Of a stretch of 64,000 nucleotides of DNA, positions 1-13,740 are shown in pieces. Position 1 is the stretch's first letter, and the number at the start of each line of letters is the position of its first letter. Below the pieces are notes generated by a model that ran no database searches, had not been told where the DNA came from, and worked only from the letters and a program-made list of their open reading frames with translations. The position numbers and the translations under genes were made by a program. Source of the DNA: Haliotis rufescens (taxonomy: Eukaryota); the NCBI RefSeq assembly GCF_023055435.1, contig NW_025964223.1, positions 27,900,001 through 27,964,000 on the forward strand, given 5' to 3'.

Positions 1-512
1 GACATGTAATTAACATGAGTATAGGGTTTCCTGATTAATAATTAAAACCAGTTGACACGTTGGTGGAGCCTTGTCTATCGGTTTAAGAAGCCAATGTTGG
101 TGATTCACTCGCATAATAGAAACCTACATATACAAAGGAAATAAGGATTAAAAGCTAATATATCCAGGTAAGGAGTACGAGTTGTATTAGAAAGTGGCGT
201 GCATCTTGATATATCCGTGTGTGTTTGTTCACAGATTCAACATGTTACCAGTGAGTCCTACTATCCAGGGTGTCGGGACATCTATAAGTGGTGTTGGGTG
301 GGTGGCTGGGGTGGGGGTGAGGGGAGGGTGGTGAAGTGCAGTGACAATACATCGAGCTATCCATAGTTCTACTTGCTTTATATTATTCTCCCTATATTAC
401 ATTGCGTGTTAACGCGTTACTCATGCTAGGCATTTACGTGACTGTTGTCGCTGAACCTCTTGACGTTTATAAAAATTAATTAATGTCATTAATCTGATAC
501 AAAGTTTTGGGG

Positions 513-604
513 ATAAGATGAGATGAGGTGAAATGGGGTTTAACGTCGAAGAGTATTGCACTTTTATAGCGATCGAAGTGCATGCACGTCTGTGCGTGTA
601 TGCG

Positions 605-669
<65 letters not shown>

Positions 670-927
670 CTGCTTGTACCAGTCCGGACTAATGCCGATT
701 TTTATACGCTAGCTCACTGAGATACCATGCCGCAGTTTAACATGAAAAACCCACTCAGACACAGTATACTGACTCCGAGCCGACTCGTCCTTGTTTCAGT
801 CCCTTAATGCCGAGCGCCAGACAGGGTAACAACAAGTACCATCTTTTAACGTCTTTTGGTATGACGCGAACGGGGATCGAACCCCGGACATTCCGCTCTC
901 CGGGCGGACACTCTACCACTAGAGGTC
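513..927 (-). mobile_element. tRNA-derived SINE (family A) with an internal (GT)n expansion
   Basis: The minus strand has Pol III A-box (TAGTGGTAGAG) and B-box (GGTTCGATCCCC) motifs. The body is shared with copies at 7370, 25404 and 44415. It ends in a (TCACC/TCATC)n tail and is flanked by TTTGGGG on both sides (506-512, 928-934). Confidence 0.85.
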
Positions 928-980
928 TTTGGGGGCCTGAGCAGTACAACTACATGTAGTAAGCGATTAACACGTATATA

Positions 981-2322
981 ACCCCTACGACGTGTTACCG
1001 TACCCTTACGGCGTGTCACCGTACCCCTTACGGCGTGTCACCGTACCCCTTCGACGTGTCCATGTACCCCTACGACGTGTTACCGTACCCTTACGGCGTG
1101 TCACCATACTCTTTCGACGTGTCCACGTACTCCTACAACGTGTCTTTCTACCCTTACAGCGTGTCACCGTACCACTACTGCGTGTCATCGTACCCCTACG
1201 ACGTGTCACTGTACCCCTGTGGCGTGTCACCGTATCACTACGACGCGTCATCGTATCACTACGACGTGTCACTGTACCCCTGTGGCGTGTCACCGTATCA
1301 CTACGACGCGTCATCGTATCACTACGACGTGTCAACGTACCCCTTTAGGGTGCCACTGTTCCCCTGTGCCGTGTCATTGTAGCCATATGGCGTGTCACTA
1401 TACCCATATGGCGTATTACCGTACCCTTACAACGTGTCACGTATCAGCGTATCACGATGACGTGTCACCGTACTACTACGGCCTGTCACCGTACCCCTGT
1501 GGCGTGTCAGCGGACTCCTACGACGTGTTTCCGTACCCCTACGACGTGTCACCGTACCCCTACGATGTGTTATCGTACCCCCCTACGACGTGTCATCGTA
1601 CCACTACGGCGTGTCACCTTACCCCTACGACGTGTTATCGTACCCCTACGGCGTGTCGCCGTACCACCACGGAGTGTCACCGTACCCCTACGACGTGTCA
1701 CTCTCCCCCTATGGATTGTTAGCGTATCACTATGACGTGTCAGCGTACCACAACGGCGTATAACCGTGACTCTGTGGCGTGTCAGCGTACCCCTGTGACG
1801 TGTCACTGTACCCCTGTGGCGTGTCAGCGTATCACTACGACGTGTCAGCGTACCACTACGGCGTATCACTGTACCCCTTTGGCATGCCACTGTATCCCTG
1901 TGCCGTGTCTCTGTACCCATATGGCGTGTCACTGTACCCCTACGGCGTGTCACCGTACCCCTTTTGCCGTGTCACTGTACCCATATGGCGTGTCACTGTA
2001 CCTCTATGACGTGTCACCGTACCCTTGTGGCGTATCACCGTACCCCTACGGCATGTCACCGCACCCCTTTTCCCGTGTCACTGTACCCTTGTGGCGTATC
2101 ACCGTACCCCTACGGCGTGTCACCGTACCCCTTTTGCCGTGTCACTGTACCGATGTAGCGTGTCACTGTACACACATGGCGTGTCACTGTACCCATGTGG
2201 CGTATCACCGTAACCCTACTGCGTGTCACCGTACCCCTTTTGCCGTGTCACTGTACCGATGTAGCGTGTCACTGTACCCATGTGGCGTGTCACCGTACCC
2301 ATACAGCGTGTCACTGTACCCA
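981..2322. repeat. Degenerate CpG-rich minisatellite, ~21-bp unit (CACCGTACCCCTACGGCGTGT-like)
   Basis: Directly visible tandem periodicity; it generates 7-aa-periodic ORFs in several frames. Confidence 0.95.
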
Positions 2323-2943
2323 CTGTATTTGTGTTGTCCTGACTTAATTATTTAAGTCGTCATATAGCTGGAATGTAGATAAATGCGGCGTAAAACAACA
2401 AAACAAAAACCCAAACAAACATTAATCTTGAATATAGATTCTGATTTATGTCACAGCGTGACTTTCACTGCGGGACTGATACCGGTTCGCGTGTTACATC
2501 ATGCGTGTCGGGGATGCCCAGAAACAATTGTTTTGAACCTCTGTAACATTTCGGATGTACCTTTATGGAAGTAGAGTGTATACATTTCGTCAGGGCAGTG
2601 TACACCGTGACATTTAATAAACGCCGATACCATGAGCATGACAACACTGCTTAACATCGCTGCTTTTCGAATACGGAACAAGCTGTCACAGCGAAAATCA
2701 ATGTTGTATTACGAATCACTGAATTTCGGCTTAAAGTTGTTCAATAAACGAGTAGCAAAAGACATTATTATTATTGCGTAAGATGCACACAAAATGCGGG
2801 AGAATTACATACGTATAGAAAACCCCAAATACGGCGTCCTACGAAGTTCTTATGAACATAATATAAAATGAAGAAACTACATAATAATTATCATTTATTC
2901 TTTTATTAGTAAAATTTTACAGTTCAGTTTATAGTCGTTTTGA

Positions 2944-3200
2944 TCAGAGTGTCGCTGTAGATCTGGAAGAAGTGCAAGTAAATGACAGTGAATCACATTT
3001 GTTTATCATATACTATGTATTGCATGTATCTTTAAACTATTGTACGTGTAACAGCGATCTTAATCTATTCGATATATACATAGAGAATAACGTGAACAGG
3101 CTGGTAGGAAGCAGACCCGGGCGCCTTCGACATGTGGTGTGTAGGTACATGGGAAATGGACATAACTCGATTGTGTTATGTCTGAAGTTTGGTGTGTGTG

Positions 3201-3244
<44 letters not shown>

Positions 3245-5376
3245 TGTGTAACAAATCTAGACTACAAAGCGAATTTGACGCCTGTGATGTGATTGTTTGG
3301 CTTAAGAAATTGTTAACCGCGAAGAGGTTACGCTATGTTTTATGAATGAAAAAAGGTTCCAGTGTGACCTTACGTATGTGAACTGTCATGAACGAGGTCA
3401 CGGTTATTCAATCAAAACATTGTATTTAAAGGAAATCGAGCTCGGGCATGTTAAGCGAACTCTATACCCCCTAATGTGTTCTGGACAGTTATGGAAAGGA
3501 CATCAGTCGAATACGCGATACAGTTGCAAGGTCCAAGTACGATGAATATATATAATGCCGTTAGTCATACCTCCTCTCGCACAAGTAGTCATATTTTCTT
3601 TGGCATGGAATATCATGCCACTTATAGTTGTCGCGGGCCACGAGTGCAAGGCAGTCTTGATCAGTAGTGACACCGCCCACTCCTTGGTTTGGTTCGCCGG
3701 GTGCCCAGTTTGTGTTGGTGAAACTGGCCTGGTCAACGTCCCACACCCACAAGCCCTCTGACCTGAGGTCGCTAGCACCGACCCACACCGTGGCGTTATC
3801 TGGATAGACATTGTAGCGCTGTTTGTATCTTTTCATTTAGATTGTTTTCTATATCAATGACGCATGGGTAGATGAATATATATATATACAGGTAAGGTTC
3901 AATCGGCGAAATACTCACGGTTAACATACGTTAGGAAGGCTTGGACATTAGACGCTTTGCTAGTTGTGTTTAACGTTGCAAGATGACCACCGAATTCACG
4001 ACAGAAACTCTGAAATGTAATTTGTGCTTGTTTGAGTATCTTTAGACGAATTTCAGAACGTAATATGTCAGACAGATATGTTTCAAGGTTTCATATTTAA
4101 AGGTAATCGGGTCCCTCGGTAATCGGGACATCTTAAGTGGAGATGGGGTGATGGTTGACTGTTTGGGTTTGGCCATATACTTCAAATGAATTCGAAAACC
4201 TCTCAACAAAAGTATTTCAGTATTCGTCAATGAAATCGTATTTCGGAAACAGTCATAGCACTTCCACTGTCAGATAAGGTTGTATGGCATGTCGGATCTG
4301 TGGAGCCATTAAATTGAGGTGAGTTGTGCCGAAGGGAACAGGTGTTGACGTTTACCACTGTGATGCTAACATGAGCAGGGTTATGGTGCTGACAGATTAA
4401 GAACCACAATCTATCATATTCAAGTACAGTAAACTACGTTTATAACGAACACGCTTTTATCGAACCGACGGATATAACGAATTGTTTTGGGGTCCTTTGC
4501 TGTATATGTGCTTGTAACGAACTACGGTTATAAGGAACAAAGAATAGTGGCCCCATTGAGTTCGTGATAACCGTAGTTTAGTTTATAAATCTGCTAAGCG
4601 TATACTAACGTTTCGGTTCTTACAGCATTAACTCTATAAAAACAATGTCCTTTCAAAATGGTTAGCCATCTTAAGCTCCAGTTTTGACTACTTTTATAAA
4701 TTCTGGTCATTGTGTCATAAACTATTTTTTATTATCTTTGCAAATTAAATGTAGAATGAAACTATGTGCATCCTGTACAAAAATATAACAACAACGACAA
4801 AAAGAATCACAATCGGAGCCAATGTCGGATCTGAGCGAACGATCCGACACGCCTATTTGACGCAACTCTTAACAGTGAATGGCGGCATTGGACCCATGAA
4901 TAGTGTACATGTAAAGCTTGAAATATTTGATGTATACCTAACATTTGTAGATGTTTGTGTCAACATATAAAACTGAATTTTAAATTTTACAACACAATAT
5001 ATTATCTCACTAATTGTCTTTTACACTGACATGCATCTTAACTCACCCCGGCGTGCAACCACGACGTAAAACCCTGGTACAGTGTATAGCATGACTGGTC
5101 GTATTTCGTCCATCCGTCTGGACACACTGCAAAATAACTTCAGTTTTGTTCACAACTAAACGATTAATCTACAGTAAATGGAATTCAATAACAAAAATAT
5201 AAAGAAACCTAAAAACACTTATCTCCCAAATGCAATATCCAAATGCATTACAAAGGCAATAACACCCATAATGATGATGAGAATGGGATAACGAGACAGC
5301 ATGACAGCGACAAGGTCTTACCTGCGAATGTAAAAGAGGAAATTATACTTAATGACAAGAAAAAATTCAAGATCAT
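2944..5376 (-). CDS. Secreted C-type lectin 1 (perlucin-like, long-form CTLD, ~157 aa); exons 5376-5322, 5126-5047, 4009-3919, 3799-3571, 2962-2944
   Basis: GT-AG junctions join in frame: MILNFFLSLSIISSFTFA-VCPDGWTKYDQSCY...FCREFGGHLA...VWVGASD...WAPGEPN...DC...WHDIPC...YLCERRSTATL*. It has six CTLD cysteines and a signal peptide, with AATAAA on the minus strand at ~2894-2907. Confidence 0.9.
3192..3249. repeat. (GT)n/(GCGT)n compound microsatellite
   Basis: Visible in the sequence, in the last intron of lectin 1. Confidence 0.95.
4427..4584. mobile_element. Short TA-flanked MITE (Tc1/mariner-pogo type)
   Basis: Starts TA|CAGTAAACTACGTTTATAACGAAC and ends with its imperfect inverted copy GTTCGTGATAACCGTAGTTTA. 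A related relic lies at ~5771-5845. Confidence 0.6.
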
Positions 5377-7369
5377 TTCGAGAAGCTACTTCTTGCTCGA
5401 CCCCGTTCTCTCAGGAGAATGTTTTTAGTAGAAAAGGTTTGTCGCGTCTACATAGATAAGACACAGACATGACGTGGATCCGACACAAAAGACAAGCGTG
5501 ACAGAAGGAGTATTATGTTGTCATTGTAATTATATATTGTAACAGCCGGGCATAATATATAAATCATATAAATAAATGTTACAAAATAAATCCTTATGAT
5601 CTTTGTCATGCCTTTGTTATCCAATACTATTGTGTGACTCCCTCAGAGGAAAAATCACACCATCGGTCGTTTGATAAACACAAGCATAGTCACACGAAAG
5701 TACGTATATATCATGATTTACAAATCTTAAGTATAGGAGGTAAAGATTAGATAAATATATGTAAGAATTATACAGTAAACGGTTACGAACTCCACTTATT
5801 TTAGTTTGTTATAACCGTAGTTCGTTTTAAGCATTTTCGACTGTCAGCCATACGGAATTTTTTCACTCTAGTCGTCACATTTTACAGGCAGAATATATCC
5901 TTTTCAACGGCTATAGAAATCATTGTTTTACTATTGCTGATTGAGTAGTGTCAGTACTTAATCCAGTTAATCACTTGTAAACAGCCGCGATTTCTCTATA
6001 TCCATTATTTCGTTCTTGGCATGTTCGTTATATCAGTCAATTTCATATAATACATATACAGCAAATCTCCAGGATCGAAAGAATGTTGTTATATCCATCA
6101 GGGGTCATGGGGTCATGACAAAATTGGACCTTTCAGTTGTCTTTTTTAACCTTACATGTGCGCCAAACTCATATGGTGTATGTGCAAGAAATCTTTTCCC
6201 GGTATAGTTATATGAGTTAACGATGAGCAGTGGACCTAGGACATGCAACAAAAGTGTTCTGGAGATTTAACAAAAGAATATCCCAACTTGAATAAAGACT
6301 GCTAGCCATTGGGGCAGGAGACTGATCAGCATGTATAAAACATTGGGATCTTTTGTTGAGGTTTTATTCCTCCTATCCCACATAGAACATAATTATTACA
6401 AATGGTAGTATCTAAATATATAGTGAATTATTGCAACGTTAACCTTGGTATAGTACATATGAGTTGACAACTTGTGAGATTGTTCGCTGATGTTTGTTTC
6501 AGTTTGAGAACTTTATAAAAGAAAAGTGGATGATTTCATCATTTCATCATTTCATCATGCCAAGTCAAGTCAGGTGTTTTATACAAGATGTAGGCCACTT
6601 GTCATATATAATCTTATATACATTAAAAATATTGCATTACTATTCAAAGTGGTTAGGAATATCATGTTTTACAAAAGGTTCTCATTGTTCATATGCATAC
6701 GGCCATATACTAGTATATATTTACCGAAATGTCTCAGTATAGTGTTTGTTGTAGACATGCGATATATAATTTTGTAGATATTTGTCTTTGGGTAAAATAC
6801 ATGTGGTCACTTTTCCAATCTTTATATCACACAATTAAGATGTAAATCTAGAAATGGTATTCATCTTCTGTATCACGTCTACAAAATGGGCATTAACGTT
6901 GCGATACACCAATACCCAAACAACTGCCTTCGTTTAGTTTTAATCTTTATATACCACATCTTTACCTATTCAACATATTACGTAAGGGTAGTTATGAACT
7001 GTTAATCTTTGTATTCCTGCATTAGTACACTCATACCACACATAGCACATGCCCTTATCCTTGTGTAATAGATGCAAACAACGCTAATTTGATTAAGACA
7101 TTTGAAACCCACTGTCAGTTATCCATTTCATAATCACATCACGCTTTTCGAGACATTTGACTTGTTCTATGCCCGTATTTCATCACACTATGAACCATTT
7201 GATGCCAGGATGACCATATCTGATCTAATACGCGTAAACAACGCAGATCATTTACTGGACAAAATTGGATATGACATGTACCATACTGTGCAATGGACGG
7301 AGCCATGTTGATGTTCTGGCTAGCACGACACTGCAGGGCTGACATCTCAGGTGACACTGTCAGATTGTC

Positions 7370-7640
7370 GACCGCATTCGTGGTGTAGTGGATAGAAGCA
7401 TCAGCCCGGAGAGTGGAAGGTCATGGGTTCGATCCCCGTACGCATTATACCAAAAGACATCATAGATGGTAATTGTTGTTCAGGTGCCTGGCGCTAGCTA
7501 GGCTATATCAGTGGTCTGGCACTATATAATCGGCATTAGTCCGAACTAGTACAAGCAGACACACACAAGTGCATACACCTCACTATATAAGTGCAAACAT
7601 TTTGAACGCGACGTTAAACCCCATTTCACCTCACCCCACC
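7370..7640 (+). mobile_element. tRNA-derived SINE (family A), internally deleted
   Basis: A-box TGGTGTAGTGG and B-box GGTTCGATCCCC. The 3' end GACGTTAAACCCCATTTCACCTCACC matches the reverse complement of the 513 and 25404 copies. Confidence 0.8.
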
Positions 7641-8199
7641 AATGAACGTCCTGCAAGAGTTCGCAACATATCACTTCTGTATTTTGCCCTGAACACATGA
7701 ACTTCTGCGTGTGACGTTGACATTAGACACATATCAATTCGTTTTGTTCTGGAAAATCCACATATCTTCCTCCTATATTACATGCTGTAAACATCGTGCT
7801 GGATGCTTTATTCACAACATATTCAATATCCTTTTCATTTTATTGTGACAGGAGGGTATATAGTGTGATCTTAAGGCAATGATCTCTGGGCATACCATAC
7901 TCATCTTCAAGTATTCCAAGCACACGTAATGTACTTGATTACAAAGAGCAATACCATATCTTCTTCCGAAGTTTATCATTAATGACATCTACACGAGGCA
8001 AGAGTGTCCACTGTGGCAAAGTTTAGTTTCCTCCCTTGCCATTTTAATCACAGAACGTTTAACAAAATCAACATCCGTGTTCCGAAAACATGGTCGCTGC
8101 TATGGCCACAACCATTGTCTGTCGAATATTGAAACATTAAGCTATTATTAAAAAAACTATGACAAAAGCATAGGCATGCCACAAAACAAAATCTTAGCT

Positions 8200-8720
8200 T
8201 AGTCGCAATAGCTAACTACATCCTGCCATTAACAATCATCAGAAATAGTGTTTAACAATATATCCTACCCCATAACACTTTGGACATATGTTACTAGATG
8301 TTGATAACACTTTCACGCAATATCTCAGAAATCGTTTGTGACAGTCAACAAATAAACCGCAACTGCCACATCCAAGAACAGCAACATTTGACTCATGATA
8401 ACCCACGCATTTTGTATACTTTCACAACTGTATAACTGTATAAACCGCTCGATATATTCAATGTCCCACACACTTCACACGTATACAGTAATATTGGTTT
8501 AATATGCGCATCAGCTATTTTAAATATAACAGAGATTTTCTTTAACGTGTAGTGTACCTGTTTCACGGAAACTAAAGTTTTAGTAGCTTTATCAACAAGA
8601 ATATTAATTCCCTCGAACCAACACAACCAATTTGTAAACAGCAACCCTTGATAATTATAATACGTCGATATGTTTACATGTTTATATTCCCATGTATCTA
8701 TTTTCAGTGCTTGTAAGTTT
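8200..8720 (-). mobile_element. Degenerate LINE ORF2 (RT C-terminal region) relic
   Basis: ORF 8393-8725 contains YNYQGLLF and KIADAHIKPILLYTCEVCG, resembling the LINE YKYLG and 'I.PILLYGCEVWG' motifs. Boundaries are approximate. Confidence 0.55.
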
Positions 8721-9652
8721 TCCACGATTCCGAAAACCTAAGATTTCTGTGTTATCGTAATTAACATGTAATCACCATTTAATGCTAAATTCGTTGGGAA
8801 CATTTAGATATCTTTGCAAACCATAATAACAGGAAAACTTGTTGTCCCTTCAATGTTGCCCCATGTACACTCACCCCGCCCCTTTCAATGCACTAGCTTA
8901 CGTGTATTTGACCTTTTAGGTTTTATATTGGATGGGCCAAATGTTTTACTGTCGTTTCAAGAACAAAATAGTAAAGTCAAGCAGAGGAAGACTGCTGATC
9001 ATAAAGCACCTGGGAGACTAAAGCCCCCTGGGAGACTATACATGTACGACACTCAAGACATTTCAAATCAATGAATAAAAGATATGTTCTTATGAAAATT
9101 CTTTTTCTATTATTTTTGCCGACTGTACCACAATGTATCGTCACGTACACTGTGGGACACAAGGGACACATGGACGAACATGTTGATAGTGTTTAAGTCA
9201 CGTGTCTTCCAATCCATTAAGAGGGAACACATGAAAATATGGAAAATATACGAGTTTAATTGCCGTTTTCATGATCATATACACAATGACATGTTGTTTC
9301 AATCGAAAGAGTCTTCATCCGACAACAGGTAAAACCCCATTCAAACTGCAAAACAAAACGACAGAGGGAATATATTCCTACAAGATGGATTTAAGATACA
9401 TATAATGTAAATCTAACTGCAATGGTTGGTGTTTGATCATTTGAGACGATACTACATTTCTAAAATAAGGATTAACCATATATAAACATGAAACTATATG
9501 ATTAAGTATCAAGCATGATTGGAAATGTTTTTATTAGTTTTAACAGAACCCTCGGTCAATATCTTTCTAAGCTTAAGGATGTTGCAGTGTTAATAAGAAC
9601 ATTTTGAAAGCACAACTGCTTGACGAATCTTGCAAATGTCAGTGTCGTAGGG

Positions 9653-11387
9653 CTATTCAGATTTGCTAAGAGAACAAGAATACAAAACAAACTGGTAGAA
9701 ACCACGCGTGAATATGAAGGCCCGTTTAATATCAAGACTTTCTATCATTGTTTTATAGTTCCTACCCCAGATCCCTAAATAATAATGAGAGAGTTTACAG
9801 TGGAGGTTACGTACGGCCTTTCACACAGATAGGAGTACTTTATTTCACAGGCAGCATCGGCAAACGTGTGTTCTTGCCTGCCAAACAACATGACACAATC
9901 TTCTTGTAAATCTGCTGGTTGGTTTGGCTCGTGTTTACCCCAGGGGAGGAAAGTGGCAGTTTGTCGGGTTGATTCCCACACAAACACTCCTTCTTCTCGC
10001 ACATCAGAGAGTCCGATCCACACGTTGTCAGTCTCTGGTAACAAAGGGCGTATACTTTCCAATGTAATGTTCTACTATTTACAAATAGCACACATATGGA
10101 TTTACAGTAANNNNNNNNNNNNNNNNNNNNNNNNNNNNNNNNNNNNNNNNNNNNNNNNNNNNNNNNNNNNNNNNNNNNNNNNNNNNNNNNNNNNNNNNNN
10201 NNNNNNNNNNNNNNNNNNNNNNNNNNNNNNNNNNNNNNNNNNNNNNNNNNNNNNNNNNNNNNNNGGGTTGGAATAGATCCGCAGCAAACTCTTTCAACAA
10301 AAAAACATTACTATAATATTGTTATTGGAACACCATGGTAGAATTCATTTGTGGTCAGTATTATAATACTTACTAAGAACATTGGATTCTGCTATCAATT
10401 CCTGTAGATGGCCATTTTCAACTTTGGTCTCAATTGAAGCCAGAAACGCATCATGTTGTTCGCACGCAAACTGAAGACAATAACATCAGTCAGTTCAACA
10501 GAATAATTGTGACATGTTGTAAGTGACACATAAACGAAACAATTGACATGTTGGATGAACAGCAGCCATCACATGAATTTCAATTCAATTTGATACGACT
10601 CAGGATAAATATGCAGTTACCGTTACATCCACCATCATCTCCCCGATACCTTACTGTAACTGAGAGACCCGTGAAGGTCTTCAGCAACCCATGCTTGTCA
10701 TAATAAGCGATTAACGGGATCGGATGGTCAGGCTCGCTTACCTGGTTGATGCATGTCACCGTATCCCAATTGCGTCGATATAAGGCTCATGGTGTAAATC
10801 GCTGGATTGTCTGGTCCAGACTCGAATATTTACAGACTGCCGTCATATAGCTGGCATATTGCTGAGTGCGGCGTTAAACAAATAAACAAACAATTAAACG
10901 ATTGTTTTGGAAAACGACATTTTTGATAAAATGTTGATTCTTAAAACAACATGCTGTCAGTTTTTAATTACATCGATCAATTCATAACCGCTCCAAATGG
11001 GTGGGAGGAAACTTACCACTGCCTCTGGCCATGACTGAGGGCTTTGTCTGAACAGCCGATAGCAAGATTTGTCAAATCTAATCCAACCATTTGGACATTC
11101 GCCTGATACTGTTAAACATAAGCCAATGTTTAAAACGACATCATAATACACGTCGCAGCCAGTGTTGCTTATATTTTAGGAAAGGTATGGCAATGTTAAG
11201 TAAGATTGTGTTTTTTCCTGCTCGTTATTACAACAGTTAATAGTAAAAATAGTATCAATCGGAATTTGAACATGTATCTTCTAAATGATGTGCACACGCT
11301 TTTCGATGTCATGGATACACCCCTCAAAGATAACCTACCTGTGGTAAGTGAGATAATCACAGTCAGGAATAACGTTAGGGCAATCAT
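9653..11387 (-). CDS. Secreted C-type lectin 2 (~156 aa); exons 11387-11339, 11108-11017, 10470-10374, 10034-9815, 9665-9653 (last exon tentative)
   Basis: MIALTLFLTVIISLTT-VSGECPNGWIRFDKSCY...FACEQHDAFLASIET...VWIGLSD...EPNQ...EDC...FADAAC...YLCERP(KSE*). Intron phases match the paralogues. Confidence 0.88.
10111..10263. other. Assembly gap (153 N) inside intron 3 of lectin 2
   Basis: Run of N. Confidence 1.
10661..10892 (+). mobile_element. SINE (family C), 5'-truncated
   Basis: Ends in CATATAGCTGGCATATTGCTGAGTGCGGCGTTAAAC followed by an (AAAC)n tail. Related fragments lie at ~2330-2420, ~13310-13410 (minus) and ~36500-36595. Confidence 0.65.
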
Positions 11388-11477
11388 ATTCACAACTGCT
11401 CTTTTCTCTTTTCGTTGGCATATTAAACCCAATGAAGATGCAATCCAATTTATATGAATAGGCCAGGTCCCTACCAC

Positions 11478-11487
11478 TCACGTGACC
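11478..11487. promoter_or_regulatory. E-box TCACGTGACC in a promoter block conserved between lectins 2 and 3
   Basis: An identical 10-mer sits at 16902-16911 upstream of lectin 3, within ~90 bp of alignable promoter sequence that also carries a TATA-like motif. Confidence 0.45.
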
Positions 11488-13084
11488 AAATATCTCTCGT
11501 CGCCTCCTGTTACTGAAAGTACAATTCCCAGGTTCGATGACTTACTTATACCCCTAATGGGTTTACGAGGTTGTTATGATTTGTAATAAGACCTTTAAAC
11601 ATGTTTTCGTAACGAATATGTAGTAATTAGGCCATCCCAATGAAGGACAATTTTAATAAATCATGACGATGAAATGTTGAACCTGGTTTTGTGGGTTATA
11701 GCCGGAGCCAGACTCGGGACATTATCAGTCCCAGCACACTCCATTCGCGACCCTCAAACGTCACTTTGCGTGCGCTCGCTTAAACCTTATTATGTACATC
11801 CATGAAGCAATTAACGAGTGTCCTCATTAAACAGAAGCAGCAATTATAGCGTCAAGACGTAGACTGGAAATGGACAGCAAATCATAAAGTGCCCCTCTAA
11901 GATTGCCAACACATATGGCAGTGAAATAAAACCTCCAAACAAATTTGAAAACATGTTCATTACACAAACCACACTCAAGAAGGCCAAGGGCAGAGGTAAG
12001 CCATATAACATTCCACCATCTTTAAGCTCACGATAAAATTCTCTCCCAAGTGATGCAGCTGGGTTCTGACTAATCATGCATTGACATCATTTGGGACCTG
12101 TTGCATTAACACAATACGCGAGACATGCTTAAGGAAAAGCCAGTGCTGTCATATAGAAGTGACAGTTCACGATCTTGCCATGTGACGATACCATGGTGTC
12201 CTTCTCAGGAATGCCCCGTTGATAAAGCAGTGCCACCTTCACAAAGGTTGAAGTCCTTCAGTCAAAGGTTTTAGAGGTCGATAGGTGACCGTCATACGTA
12301 TCAGATTTGCGTATTATCTCGATATGCTTACAAAATTAGACACTTAGTTCCGCCCTTGATGCAATTACCTTCTAACCCGACCTTTCAGACGTCTGTTGAT
12401 GTCAGCATAAATACTGCATATATACAAAACCCTTTATAATGGCACTGTGTACATGCAGGCATAGAATGTAAAAAGTATCTTGCTTTATATTTTAATATTT
12501 TAATGTCCACTTTCTGTAATGTCAATGCATAGAAACGTGTGAACTTGAGTCATTTTATAATTTTCAGATTGACGAATCATGGATTATTTTCACCCGGCTG
12601 CTTTGTTCATATAACACGCTGTGTCTATGTGGCGGTATATTTCTTTGGTTAAGTAAATGTTCTAAGATGTTCCAACATGTGACCTGACATAATTTATATA
12701 CATGTACATGTTCCTGATTAGTACAACTCTTTTTCAGGTCATGACATATTTTTGTTCAGGAGAAAAGCCAAATGTTTTATTTATTATGTATTTTCATAGT
12801 GGTGTTAGTCTCAAAACCACAGTGTCAAATATCAGCGTAGAAGACTGAAAGGAGTTCAGAGCAGTTTTACTGGTGTGTAATACTGACTCATGATATATTT
12901 GATCACGTAATACACAACAGGTATCTGTAATAGCATACACACTTTACTGGTGCACGGATGGTGATCTTTCACTAACACTCGGGAGAATAGCGATCACAAC
13001 TGTTTGTTAAGCCCTTGAACGGCATTTAGAAGTGATACTAATAAGGAAGAGAATATATGGATGTCGACTTCCTAGTTATAAGGA

Positions 13085-13125
13085 ACACAACATTTCGGCT
13101 ATATACTTACTCCTTCATCAGGCGA
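13085..13125 (-). ncRNA. Degenerate minimal hammerhead-ribozyme-like motif (Penelope-type)
   Basis: The minus strand reads CGC-CTGATGA-A-GG...CC-GAAAT-GTT-GTG; stem II is weak. Confidence 0.4.
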
Positions 13126-13740
13126 ATAAATGCTATGAGGCAGAGAACATATATGTGTACCTGTAAGACCAAACAAGGTATTAAGGTAACAAAAGTGGAA
13201 ACTTAACAGGAGAAGCAAACAGACAATTGGCGCTGAAAGGTGATTAGCAATGGACAAATGGAAGCCATCACTCAACTTATCACTCATTGGTAATTGGTAA
13301 TTATCTATAAACTGTTTGTTGTTTTACGCAGCAGTCATTCATATTTCAGCTGTATCACAACAGCCTGTAAATAAACGATGACACGCAATGAGCCAAGTCA
13401 CCGAGACTGACGTCAGTGAGAAACAAACCGGTTTCGGTGCACTGACTGCGTCGATCCATTTCTATATATATGCAAACCGATTACAGTTGCGATAATTACT
13501 TCCAAGGAACAGAACTATGAGTATGTATGTATTGTAGGAATGTCATATTTCTGACGAGTCAGCACGAAGGAACATTCGTATAGAAACCGCAAATGCATGG
13601 TTTCGTAATGACAGTAAAAGTCATAGACAAATGGAAGGCTGTCGAGGTCAAGATAAATGTAAACTGCCACGTGGACACACTGTGTTTATCCTTAGAAAAG
13701 AGTGCAATGCGCTTTGGTCCGCATTCGCCCTTACACTAAA

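Noticed and set aside
992-2355. Many overlapping Arg/Val-, Tyr/Pro- or Cys/His-rich ORFs
   Set aside because: By-products of a 21-bp repeat that is open in several frames on both strands; no splice or signal-peptide context.
7370-7445. tRNA genes (also ~850-927, 25685-25759, 45200-45265, 49700-49802)
   Set aside because: A and B boxes run into shared SINE bodies with tails and TSDs; no proper acceptor stem.
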